Shown here one piece after another: positions 22,280-31,187 of a DNA stretch of 64,000 nucleotides (position 1 is its first letter; the number at the start of each line of letters is the position of its first letter). The stretch covers positions 10,804 to 74,803 of the forward strand of contig JALOCJ010000007.1 of NCBI GenBank assembly GCA_023227825.1, written 5' to 3'. The stretch is from Candidatus Cloacimonas sp. Its GTDB lineage: Bacteria > Cloacimonadota > Cloacimonadia > Cloacimonadales > Cloacimonadaceae. A program made the translations under genes and the position numbers. The notes beneath the pieces are model-generated. The model saw nothing but the letters and a program-made list of their open reading frames with translations. It ran no database searches and was not told the origin of the DNA.

Positions 22280-25192
22280 ATGAGATTATTCAGAAGTCGC
22301 CTAATCTTTCTCTTGCTGTTTCTGCTCCTATTGTTGAGCACAGTGATTATTGCCCAGAAACGGTCAGATGCAGAAAGATATGTAGTAGAGGATTTCAAGG
22401 TAGAAGATATCCCTTTTGATGATGGAACGGGATTAATGCTTTCGTGGAAGCCATTGGAGCGGGACAAAAGAATTATTGAATATCGTATTTATAGGGGAGT
22501 AAGTCCTGATACCCTTTTCTTTTTAGATGCCATTCCTGTTAATGTAAAAACAGGTGTTGCTTCTGAGAGGATGTTCTATTACGATAATTCCGGTAGTGAA
22601 TTTTTTGATATTTCTTCGCCCCGTAAGTTAAAAAAGGAAAAGCAGCAGGGGGAAAATAGTCCCTTATATCAAAAAATGCCTCGTAACATTCCTTTTTTAG
22701 CTAAGATAGCGGATAAATTTTCCCTTCTTTCGGTTATTGAAAAGAACAAATACTATCACAGCAGCAAAAAGGTTACTTTGTCTAATTTCGATAAGCAAAA
22801 GGCAGAAGAAGACGAGACCTACGCGGGACTGAAAGATAATCAACAGACGGTATATTGTTTCTTAAACCCCGGGGAGAAATACTTTTATACTATAGTGGCG
22901 GTGAATGAAAGAAGACAATTTCAAAAGCCGGCTAAAATTATAGCAGGCAGCCCAAAACCCAATGCTCCCGAGCCGGCAACCGCTTTCCACAGTGTTGTTC
23001 TGCAGGATAAAAGAGAGTTACGGTTTGAATGGGAATTGCCTCTTTATAATTCAGATATAGCTCAATATCGTATTTACCAAACACCTCTTTTATCACCTAT
23101 GGAGTGGGATTCGCTTCGCTTACATCCTGAACTATTTCAGGCAAAAACAGTAGTTCTTCATCAAGGTTCGGCAGGTTACGGTTACGGAAAAAACTATTGT
23201 CAGGTTTCTATTCCTGCGGGTGATTCCCTTGCTACCTGTATTAATTCTAACTTTGCTTTGGAATTGATGGATGCAGATGGTTTCAGCAGTTTTTCCGCTT
23301 TAAGCAAACCGAGCGTGAAAAATAGTTATGATTTGCCGGAAAAACCGGTTTTAAAAATGGAAGATAAACCTAATGACAAAGGTGACCGACTAACTGTTCT
23401 TTGGGATCATCCAATATGCTTTGTAGTTAAAACCACTGCCTTAAATGATAAATTCAATAAATTCAGAGTAAATTATCAACTGAATCAAACCGAAACCCAG
23501 AAAGTGAATAATATCTATTTTGAGTTCTATAAGAAGGGTGAAGCAAAGCCCTTTGCCAATATCAATGAATTTTATCAGGATAACAGCATCATCTTAAAAG
23601 TCCCCAATAATTATGATTACAAAAAGGGATTTCGGGTAAAAATTACGATGCAGGGAGAGCCGGAAATACCTCAGGACTATTGTCTGGAACAAAATTTGGA
23701 ATATGACCCTAATATGTTGGCTATTTTACCCACTAAGGCACTATACCGTAACGGCAAAGATGTTTCCAAAATCAGCAATGTCGTTTATCGCAAAAATGTA
23801 GCTTCGCCGCAGTTAAGTATGGTTAAACGAAATACATCTTATGATAATTCTCTTGATGTTACAATTCCTTATGCTACTATGCTCCAAAAGCCGGTTAATG
23901 GATTTAGTTTTGCCCAGGGTGATTCGTTGATAACTTATATAAATGGAGAGCGGAAAGCCCGGAAGTTAGAACATAATGATATTAGAACTCCTCTGGCTCT
24001 GGTTTCTCCGAATATAGATTTGGTGTATGATAAAAATAATGAAATCCGAATTGAGACCAATATTTTTCCTGATTTAGGCAAAAAAGAAGCACAGGAGAAG
24101 GTTGAAGAGCTAAATAAGAAGCTTTTAGAACTTAAAACCAGTAAAGAGACAATAACTGATCCTGCTAAAACAGAACAAATAAAGCAGAATATTGACCAGG
24201 TACAAAAACAGCTGAATGCCTACAGCAAGAACGAACATCTAATTCAAGCTAATGAAATTACAAACCGGAAAAGCAGGATGCGTTATATTGCCAAAGTGCG
24301 GGAGGACTATTCTCGTTATAGTACTTATCAGATAGTTCGCACAAATGGCAGAGGGCTTTTTACAGAAAGTGACCTGTTAAAAGACGGCGATGATATTCTG
24401 TATATGAAACCGATTTCCAATATTTTTGATACTAATAAATATACTACTCTTGTGGCAATGATAATCTTCGGCTTAATGGTAATGATTTTTATCAATTTAG
24501 CCAGGCGTGGCAGGGACTTGTATATTCGTCCTATTGCCGGTTTGGAAGAAATTGATACTGCAATTGGCAGAGCTACGGAAATGGGACGACCTATTATGTA
24601 TATGATGGGATATGGTTCTTTAGGTGATGTAGCTACTATTGCCTCAATGGGAATCTTAAGTTTGGTAGCAAAGAAATCTGCAGAATATGATATTAAACTT
24701 ATTGTTCCCGTTTATAATTATATTGTTATGCCCGTGGTTCAGGAAATTGTGAGAGATGCACATTATTCTGTAGGTCGTCCGGATAGTTATGATAAAAACA
24801 GTGTATTCTTTTTAACCGATGTCCAGTTTGCTTATGTAGCCGGTGTGAATGGAATAATGATTCGGGAAAGAGCTGCTACTAATATCTATATGGGATATTT
24901 TGCGGCAGAGGCATTATTGATGACCGAAACAGGTAATGGTATTGGAGCTTATCAAATTGCCGGAACGGATGCTATCACGCAGATTCCCTTTTTTATTACA
25001 ACCTGTGATTATACTTTAATTGGAGAAGAGCTTTATGCTGCTTCTTCTTATTTAAACCGTGAACCAATGCAGCTGGGAACTTTGAAAGCTCAGGACTATT
25101 ATAAATTCCTGATTCTTGCCTTTGTAATAGCTGGAGCGGTTCTTGCCAGTTTTCAATTAACCGGTCTTAGCGAATTATTTCCACTTAAATAA
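22280..25192 (+). CDS. Large membrane-anchored protein: signal peptide, FN3-like domains, TM, DUF6754-like domain, TM (paralog 1)
   Basis: Repeated DxPxDxG-x-L-x-W motif. C-terminal YIRPIAGLEEI..AIGRATEMGRP...QIAGTDAITQIPFFITTCDYTLIGEELYAA, recalled as DUF6754. caggag RBS upstream. Confidence 0.75.
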   Translation: MRLFRSRLIFLLLFLLLLLSTVIIAQKRSDAERYVVEDFKVEDIPFDDGTGLMLSWKPLERDKRIIEYRIYRGVSPDTLFFLDAIPVNVKTGVASERMFYYDNSGSEFFDISSPRKLKKEKQQGENSPLYQKMPRNIPFLAKIADKFSLLSVIEKNKYYHSSKKVTLSNFDKQKAEEDETYAGLKDNQQTVYCFLNPGEKYFYTIVAVNERRQFQKPAKIIAGSPKPNAPEPATAFHSVVLQDKRELRFEWELPLYNSDIAQYRIYQTPLLSPMEWDSLRLHPELFQAKTVVLHQGSAGYGYGKNYCQVSIPAGDSLATCINSNFALELMDADGFSSFSALSKPSVKNSYDLPEKPVLKMEDKPNDKGDRLTVLWDHPICFVVKTTALNDKFNKFRVNYQLNQTETQKVNNIYFEFYKKGEAKPFANINEFYQDNSIILKVPNNYDYKKGFRVKITMQGEPEIPQDYCLEQNLEYDPNMLAILPTKALYRNGKDVSKISNVVYRKNVASPQLSMVKRNTSYDNSLDVTIPYATMLQKPVNGFSFAQGDSLITYINGERKARKLEHNDIRTPLALVSPNIDLVYDKNNEIRIETNIFPDLGKKEAQEKVEELNKKLLELKTSKETITDPAKTEQIKQNIDQVQKQLNAYSKNEHLIQANEITNRKSRMRYIAKVREDYSRYSTYQIVRTNGRGLFTESDLLKDGDDILYMKPISNIFDTNKYTTLVAMIIFGLMVMIFINLARRGRDLYIRPIAGLEEIDTAIGRATEMGRPIMYMMGYGSLGDVATIASMGILSLVAKKSAEYDIKLIVPVYNYIVMPVVQEIVRDAHYSVGRPDSYDKNSVFFLTDVQFAYVAGVNGIMIRERAATNIYMGYFAAEALLMTETGNGIGAYQIAGTDAITQIPFFITTCDYTLIGEELYAASSYLNREPMQLGTLKAQDYYKFLILAFVIAGAVLASFQLTGLSELFPLK

Positions 25193-25204
25193 ATGAGGTA
25201 GTAA

Positions 25205-25834
25205 ATGAAAAAGACAATACCTTTAATCATCGTAATTGTAGGTGGCATCATCTTTGTGCTCTATGCGCTAAGTCCGCATAAGCTTTTACAGGATGACTTC
25301 TACAACAAATTTTACATTCCCTGGGCTTATGCATCTGCACCTTGGGCTGCTCTTTTAGGAGTTATCAGTTTATGTATGATGCATAGCAGTAAGATAAAAA
25401 GGCGAGCTCCCAAATGGCAATACAGCTATTTCTTTTTTGCCGGGTTTATTATTACTTCTCTGGCAGGGTTTATTGGGGGCACGCAGAAAGGTAGTATGCT
25501 GATGTGGATTTTTGAGAATATGCAAATGCCGATGAGTTCCACAATGTTTTCCCTTTTGGCATTTTATATGGCTTCAGCTGCCTATAAAGCATTTAGAGCG
25601 CGATCTACAGAGGCAACAGTTTTATTGGTTGCCGCCATTGTCGTTATGTTGGCGCAGGTGCCTTTAGGAGTGAAGATTTATAAAAACCTGCCGCTTATCT
25701 CTCAATGGATATTAGATGTTCCTAATCTTGCTTCCAAAAGAGGAATTGCCATTGGTGTAGGACTTGGGGGTGTAGCCACATCCCTGAAAATTCTTTTGGG
25801 TATTGAGCGTTCCTATTTGGGTGGAACGGATTAA
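25205..25834 (+). CDS. Uncharacterised polytopic membrane protein (about 5-6 TM)
   Basis: Hydrophobic segments; FSLLAFYMASAAYKAFRARSTEATVLLVAAIVVML; gaggt RBS. Confidence 0.75.
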   Translation: MKKTIPLIIVIVGGIIFVLYALSPHKLLQDDFYNKFYIPWAYASAPWAALLGVISLCMMHSSKIKRRAPKWQYSYFFFAGFIITSLAGFIGGTQKGSMLMWIFENMQMPMSSTMFSLLAFYMASAAYKAFRARSTEATVLLVAAIVVMLAQVPLGVKIYKNLPLISQWILDVPNLASKRGIAIGVGLGGVATSLKILLGIERSYLGGTD

Positions 25835-25852
25835 GCAAAGGAGAGATGAAGG

Positions 25853-27034
25853 ATGAACTTTTTTGAAAGAATGCAAAGTTTAGACCGGCGTTGGATCTAC
25901 ATCGTAGTTGCGCTGGCAATTATCATTCCGTTGATGATACCCTACAATTCGGATAATGTAACTTCTCCGTCTACGGAAAATTTGTATCAGATGATTGATT
26001 CCTTTGCCGGCAGGGAAGATAGAGCTATACTTTTAAGTTTTATGCATGATGCTTCTACGATGCCTGAACTCTATCCTATGGAAATAGCCATTATCCGGCA
26101 TTGTTTTGAACGCAATATCAAGGTCTTCGCTCTCACTTTTTTAACATCGGGAGCACCTATAATTGATTATGCTTTCAATTCGGTAAAAGAAGAATATCCT
26201 GATATCAAAAGCGGAGTGGATTATTGCAATTTTGGCTACAAACCGCAGGCAATGGCTGTTGTCTTGGGTATGGGAGATAATATTGCCAATACTATAAATA
26301 CCGATGCTGAAGGGCGCAAACTGGAAAGCTTACCTATAATGAAGGGAATAACAAATTACAACGAAATGAACCTTGTAGTGGAATTTTCCGGAAGCACTCC
26401 AGGAACTTACTGGATATTTTATGCCCGACCCAAATTTGGAGTTAATGTTGCTTTAGGAGTTACTGCAGTTATGGCTGCTGATCAATATCCCTATTTACAA
26501 TCGGGTCAATTAATTGGTATGCTTACAGGACTAAAAGGTGCTGCGGAATATGAAAAACTGGTAGATGTTTTTGCTGCTTACAGAGACCCGGCAATTGACT
26601 ATAGCGTAAAAACCGATGCGGAAGGAAACAAAATTCTTCCCGGTCGTCCCTTTGGTAAAGAAGTTCTTAATGATGAGAGCACAAAGAAATTAATCAATAT
26701 AACAACTCAAACCAAGGCGGAATTTACTCCTGCAGAATATACTGCATTTGTAGCTAAATATCCGAAGCAGAAAGCGATTTTTGAGCAATTGAAAGAAGCA
26801 CAAAACGGTACAATTATTATAGATGTAACAAAGATAACTCCGGAACTGAGAAATCAGATGGGAGAAACTGCTTACCGGGAAATTAATCGGCTTACATATA
26901 ATATCAATTATAAATTCAAAGTAGCCAGAATTGGAATGAATGCCCAATCCGTTGCCCATATTATGATCATCGTCTTTATCCTTTTGGGTAATATCGGTTA
27001 TTTCATTCAGAAAGCCAAATCGGTGGAAAAGTAA
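25853..27034 (+). CDS. Uncharacterised protein with N- and C-terminal TM helices around a large soluble domain
   Basis: WIYIVVALAIIIPLMIP ... GQLIGMLTGLKGAAEYEKL ... VAHIMIIVFILLGNIGYF; aaggag RBS. Confidence 0.75.
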   Translation: MNFFERMQSLDRRWIYIVVALAIIIPLMIPYNSDNVTSPSTENLYQMIDSFAGREDRAILLSFMHDASTMPELYPMEIAIIRHCFERNIKVFALTFLTSGAPIIDYAFNSVKEEYPDIKSGVDYCNFGYKPQAMAVVLGMGDNIANTINTDAEGRKLESLPIMKGITNYNEMNLVVEFSGSTPGTYWIFYARPKFGVNVALGVTAVMAADQYPYLQSGQLIGMLTGLKGAAEYEKLVDVFAAYRDPAIDYSVKTDAEGNKILPGRPFGKEVLNDESTKKLINITTQTKAEFTPAEYTAFVAKYPKQKAIFEQLKEAQNGTIIIDVTKITPELRNQMGETAYREINRLTYNINYKFKVARIGMNAQSVAHIMIIVFILLGNIGYFIQKAKSVEK

Positions 27035-27050
27035 GAAAGGGAGGATAACA

Positions 27051-27653
27051 ATGAGTTTTGAATTAATTAGTAATCTGGTAGCAGCGTTTTTAACCCTGTG
27101 TATTTTTTCCTTCCTGTATAAGGAAAATCCCTTTTATAGAATGGCGGAACAATTGCTGGTAGGAGTTTCCCTGGGTTATGCTTTAGTATTTACTTATGAG
27201 CGGATATTTATTCCGTATGTTTGGCAACCGATTATATTAAAACATAATTTTGTGCTTATCCTGCCTTCTATTTTAGGTATTCTTTATCTGTTCCGTTTTT
27301 CCCGCAAACTGGGTTGGCTTTCCCGTTATCCTATTGCTTTTTCTATGATGGGAGTAGGTTTTGGTGTTCCTATGGGAATTCATGCCGGAATTTTAGTTCA
27401 GATGCGCCAGGCGATGGTTCCTCTGGAAAACATCAATCTCATTCTTATCTTGATAGGCACAATTGCTGTTCTGCTATATTTCTTTTTCTCCAAGGCACAT
27501 ACAGGTGCTTACGGAAAATTTGTCGGGTTGGGAAAATGGTATATGATGATTGGTTTCGGTGCCTCCTTTGGTTTAACGGTTATGGCTCGTATTTCTCTGC
27601 TGATTGGAAGAATTCAATTCCTCATTATAGATGTTCTGGGATTGATGAAATAG
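27051..27653 (+). CDS. Uncharacterised polytopic membrane protein (about 6 TM)
   Basis: LTLCIFSFLYKENPFYRMAEQLLVGVSLGY ... MMIGFGASFGLTVMARISLLIGRIQFL; ggagg RBS. Confidence 0.75.
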   Translation: MSFELISNLVAAFLTLCIFSFLYKENPFYRMAEQLLVGVSLGYALVFTYERIFIPYVWQPIILKHNFVLILPSILGILYLFRFSRKLGWLSRYPIAFSMMGVGFGVPMGIHAGILVQMRQAMVPLENINLILILIGTIAVLLYFFFSKAHTGAYGKFVGLGKWYMMIGFGASFGLTVMARISLLIGRIQFLIIDVLGLMK

Positions 27654-27654
27654 C

Positions 27655-27686
27655 GTTAAAGAGGAACCTTTTTGTTTCCGTTTAAC
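27655..27686 (+). other. Intergenic stem-loop (possible attenuator or processing site)
   Basis: gttaaagaggaac-cttttt-gtttccgtttaac, an imperfect stem starting two bases after the stop codon. Confidence 0.35.
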
Positions 27687-27761
27687 CTGACAGTTGTTGA
27701 GATTGATTTTTCAGGTACTGATATAATGGAATAAGGGAACCCTTGGTTCAGGGATAAAAAA

Positions 27762-30551
27762 ATGAAAAAATATCTGATTGTAATCGGAATTATCTTGTTG
27801 ATAGGGATTTCCCTTCTTTCTACAGATGAAGCAAAACCTGCCTCCTTAAAAGGTAAAATAACTGAATTTTCTGCTACTGATATGCCTTTTGACGATGGAA
27901 GCGGAATCGTGTTAAAATGGAAACCTCTGAATAAAGCGTATCGGATTATTAAGTATAATATCTATAGAGGGGTTAGTCCTGATTCGTTATTTTTTATTAG
28001 CAGTATGGAAGTTGACCCCAAATTAGGTGTTTTAGCGCCGGAATTATATTTTTACGATAAGGGTGAAGAACCGTTCATTGAATTTGAAACAGCTCCTCTG
28101 AAATTGAAAAAGGAAAAACAGCAGGATAGTAAAAGTCCTCTCTATAGAAAGTTTCCTCAACAAGCGGAATTGCTGGCATCAATGCTAAACAGATATAACA
28201 TTATAGGAGCCATAAACAATACCAAGCTTTATCATAGTTCCAAACCTGTGCCGAAAGGTGAAGATATTATGGCTGGTTTGAAATTAAACCGGTTTGAATC
28301 CATTTTCGGTTTTCCCAAAGCCGGCCAGGAATATTACTACACAATTCTGGCAGTGAACGAAACGGGACGCTATTTACCTTATGCAGATATTCAAAAAGTA
28401 ATTCCAATAGATAATCCTCCTGATCCAACTGCTATTTTTTCCAGCACCTACATCCAGGATAAGGGAGTGTTCAATTTTGAATGGTTACCACCATCTTCTT
28501 CTGCAGATATTGCAATGTGGGAGGGATGGCTGATTCCTTTATCGCAGCAACCGAAAAATGGAGAGCTACTATCTGAAAATTGGCAAAATAATTCCTTTCC
28601 GCTTTTCCAGATTCCTAATTATTCGGGTTCTGTAAATACCTGCCATAGTGTAGATACCAGGAAAGAAGGAATAACCATACCAGCAAATTTGGCTGCTTAT
28701 TACCCGGTGCTTTCTTACAGTGATTATGCCGGTCAAAGTGCAGCCGTTACAGCCAAAAATTTTCGCAGCTTAAATTCTTTTCAACAGCTTGAAATGCCCC
28801 AAATTGAAGTGAAAGACAAACCCAACGACAAAGGTGATTATTTATCAGTTTCTATAGGTAAACCTCTGATTTTTGTAAGCCAGGCACTCTATTTAAACAA
28901 GGCAAAGACAGCTTTACGGATAAACTACGAAATTTCCAATAACGAGCATTATAAGATTAAGGAATTGAGGTTTACCGTTCTTGATTCCTTAAATAAAGAA
29001 ATTGGCAAGGTCTCGGAATACTATCTGGATAAAACTATCCATTTCAAACTACCACAACAGTATAGAGCTATTCAAAATATGAAAATCCGCATTGCCGTTC
29101 ATACCAATGATAATGGTAACTTTGAGGATTACACTGAACAACATATCGTTTATGATAAAAGGAATAAAGTTTTCCGGGGAGAGAATATCTATTATCAAAA
29201 TGAACCGGTGAATAAACTTTATTATGAGGTCCTTACCCGCAATGGTTTTGATCCTGATTTTCTTTTTGGTAATCATATTAATGGCTTAACCCGGGTTTAC
29301 GATCATTCTATACCATACGAAAGTACCCTTTATGAAAATATTCTGGATTATGATGCCAAGAGTAAACATCTGCTTTTAGACCCGCAATTAACAATAGCTG
29401 TTGATTCCTTGAACGGCTATACTTTTGCAGTTCCTTTATTTCGGAAGAAATTTGAAAATCACCTGAAAGAACAAAAAGAGGAATTGGATAATTTATTGTC
29501 GGAAAAGAATAAATATCCTGCTAATGCTATTCCTGATTCTTTACTGGCAGCAATTCAGGAAGCAGAAGGAACTTATAACTTTATTACCAGTCATCCTTCC
29601 TATCTGCAAGCCCAAAAAACAAAAACGAACAAGGACTGGCTAAAGACCTTAATAGCTACGCATAATAAAAATAATCGCAGTTATTCTTACCGCCTTATTA
29701 AAACAGATGGTAAAGCCAATTTTGTTACTACTAACACCTATATTGATCTCAAAGGGAATACACAATTTTACCCCAAGAGTGAATGGTTTGATTCTACAAA
29801 ATATATAACTCTTGCTGCTTCAATTTTATTGTGTTTATTCCTTATTGTTGCCATCATTCAAAGTCGGAAAGGAACAGCTTATATCAGACCCATTGCCGGC
29901 TTGGAATCTATTGAAGAAGCAGTTGGCAGAGCTACAGAAATGGGGCGTCCGATAATGTTTGTTCCCGGTTGGGGAGCTTTAGGAGACCCTGATACTGTTG
30001 CTTCAATGTTGATTTTAGGGCAGGTAGCCAAAAAAGCCGCCGAATTTGATGTCCGCTTAATTTCTCCTCACTGTGACTATATGGTTCTACCTTTAGCCCA
30101 GGAAATTATTCATAATGCGTATAATGAAGTTGGACGCCCGGATGCTTATAATCCCAATGATATTTTCTTTATTTCTTATGACCAGTTTCCCTATTGCGCT
30201 GGAATTAATGGCATAACCGTTCGCGAAAGGGTTGCCACTATTTTCTATATGGGATATTTTAATGCGGAAGCATTGCTTTTAACAGAAACAGGAAATCAAA
30301 CAGGTGCTTTTCAAATTGCCGGAACCGATGCTATAACTCAGGTGCCGTTTTTTATCACAACCTGCTCCTACACTTTAATTGGAGAAGAATTTTATGCTGC
30401 TTCTGCCTATATTTCCCGCAATCCGGACCTGGTTAGTATGCTGAAGGCTTCAGATTATTTCAAAGCAGCGGCAATAATTGTTATGTTGATCGGCACTTTG
30501 TTGGCAACCTTGAATTTTACCGGCTTTATCAACGCCTTTCCGATAGAATAG
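27762..30551 (+). CDS. Large membrane-anchored FN3-like/DUF6754-like protein (paralog 2)
   Basis: Collinear with 22280-25192: DMPFDDGSGIVLKWKP, IYRGVSPDSLFF, DKPNDKG, YIRPIAGLESIEEAVGRATEMGRP, QIAGTDAITQVPFFITTCSYTLIGEEFYAA. Confidence 0.75.
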   Translation: MKKYLIVIGIILLIGISLLSTDEAKPASLKGKITEFSATDMPFDDGSGIVLKWKPLNKAYRIIKYNIYRGVSPDSLFFISSMEVDPKLGVLAPELYFYDKGEEPFIEFETAPLKLKKEKQQDSKSPLYRKFPQQAELLASMLNRYNIIGAINNTKLYHSSKPVPKGEDIMAGLKLNRFESIFGFPKAGQEYYYTILAVNETGRYLPYADIQKVIPIDNPPDPTAIFSSTYIQDKGVFNFEWLPPSSSADIAMWEGWLIPLSQQPKNGELLSENWQNNSFPLFQIPNYSGSVNTCHSVDTRKEGITIPANLAAYYPVLSYSDYAGQSAAVTAKNFRSLNSFQQLEMPQIEVKDKPNDKGDYLSVSIGKPLIFVSQALYLNKAKTALRINYEISNNEHYKIKELRFTVLDSLNKEIGKVSEYYLDKTIHFKLPQQYRAIQNMKIRIAVHTNDNGNFEDYTEQHIVYDKRNKVFRGENIYYQNEPVNKLYYEVLTRNGFDPDFLFGNHINGLTRVYDHSIPYESTLYENILDYDAKSKHLLLDPQLTIAVDSLNGYTFAVPLFRKKFENHLKEQKEELDNLLSEKNKYPANAIPDSLLAAIQEAEGTYNFITSHPSYLQAQKTKTNKDWLKTLIATHNKNNRSYSYRLIKTDGKANFVTTNTYIDLKGNTQFYPKSEWFDSTKYITLAASILLCLFLIVAIIQSRKGTAYIRPIAGLESIEEAVGRATEMGRPIMFVPGWGALGDPDTVASMLILGQVAKKAAEFDVRLISPHCDYMVLPLAQEIIHNAYNEVGRPDAYNPNDIFFISYDQFPYCAGINGITVRERVATIFYMGYFNAEALLLTETGNQTGAFQIAGTDAITQVPFFITTCSYTLIGEEFYAASAYISRNPDLVSMLKASDYFKAAAIIVMLIGTLLATLNFTGFINAFPIE

Positions 30552-30742
30552 GTTTGGGATGAAAAAGATTTTCGGAATTCTTGGGATTACCCTAATTTAG
30601 AGTAATACAAAATTGTCCAAATAACTAAACCGGAAGGTTAACATCCCCGTTAATCCCTTAAAAAATATGCACTTATCAATATAATATTTTCCCCTCTCCC
30701 ATTATATCCATAACTACAACAAAACAAAGATAATTACACTCT

Positions 30743-30822
30743 CTTCCTTAATTGCATTGCCTACTCAATGCCTACCCATTACGGATGGCATCCGTAATGG
30801 GTGAGCAATGCTTCCGTAGTGC
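30743..30822. repeat. Imperfect palindrome with 11-bp periodicity, copy 4 (inverted near-duplicate of copy 1)
   Basis: Central cccattacggatggcatccgtaatggg; the reverse complement aligns with 4899-4966. Confidence 0.8.
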
Positions 30823-30890
30823 AAGCAAGAAATAAATTCCAGGTAAAATATGGTTGAGAAGGTTTAGAGGGTTGAGATACCTCAAAGTCC

Positions 30891-31001
30891 TGTAAGTCAG
30901 GAGTCGTCACTGTAAGTCAGGAGTCGTCACTGTAAGTCAGGAGTCGTCACTGCCGAAATAACTTTTACACTATTCATAAATTCTTTTGGCAGTGAGGACT
31001 C
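30891..31001. repeat. 20-bp tandem x3 followed by an inverted arm
   Basis: tgtaagtcaggagtcgtcac exact at 30891, 30911 and 30931; gagtcgtcactgcc (30941) pairs with ggcagtgaggactc (30988). Confidence 0.9.
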
Positions 31002-31038
31002 GTGACGGCTATCTCTCACAGATTACACAGATTACACA

Positions 31039-31141
31039 GATTTGATTTGTGATTGGTCTGAAGTGTCGTCATGAGTCATAAGCGCCCCGAAAGTTAGCCC
31101 AAGGAATTAAATTGTGAAGGCGCTAATGACTCCTGACTTAC
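31039..31141 (+). repeat. ~103-bp hairpin element, copy A
   Basis: gatttgatttgtgattgg...gagtcataagcgcc...ggcgctaatgactcctgacttac; repeated at 33339 and 33493. Confidence 0.85.
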
Positions 31142-31187
31142 AATAGTTGACGAGGACTTCAACTTTCCAGTATTAAAAACTCTCTTT

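Noticed and set aside
30891-30950. Possible mini-CRISPR or iteron array
   Set aside because: The 20-bp units are contiguous with no spacers, there is no rep gene, and the unit matches the end of the REP-like element family.
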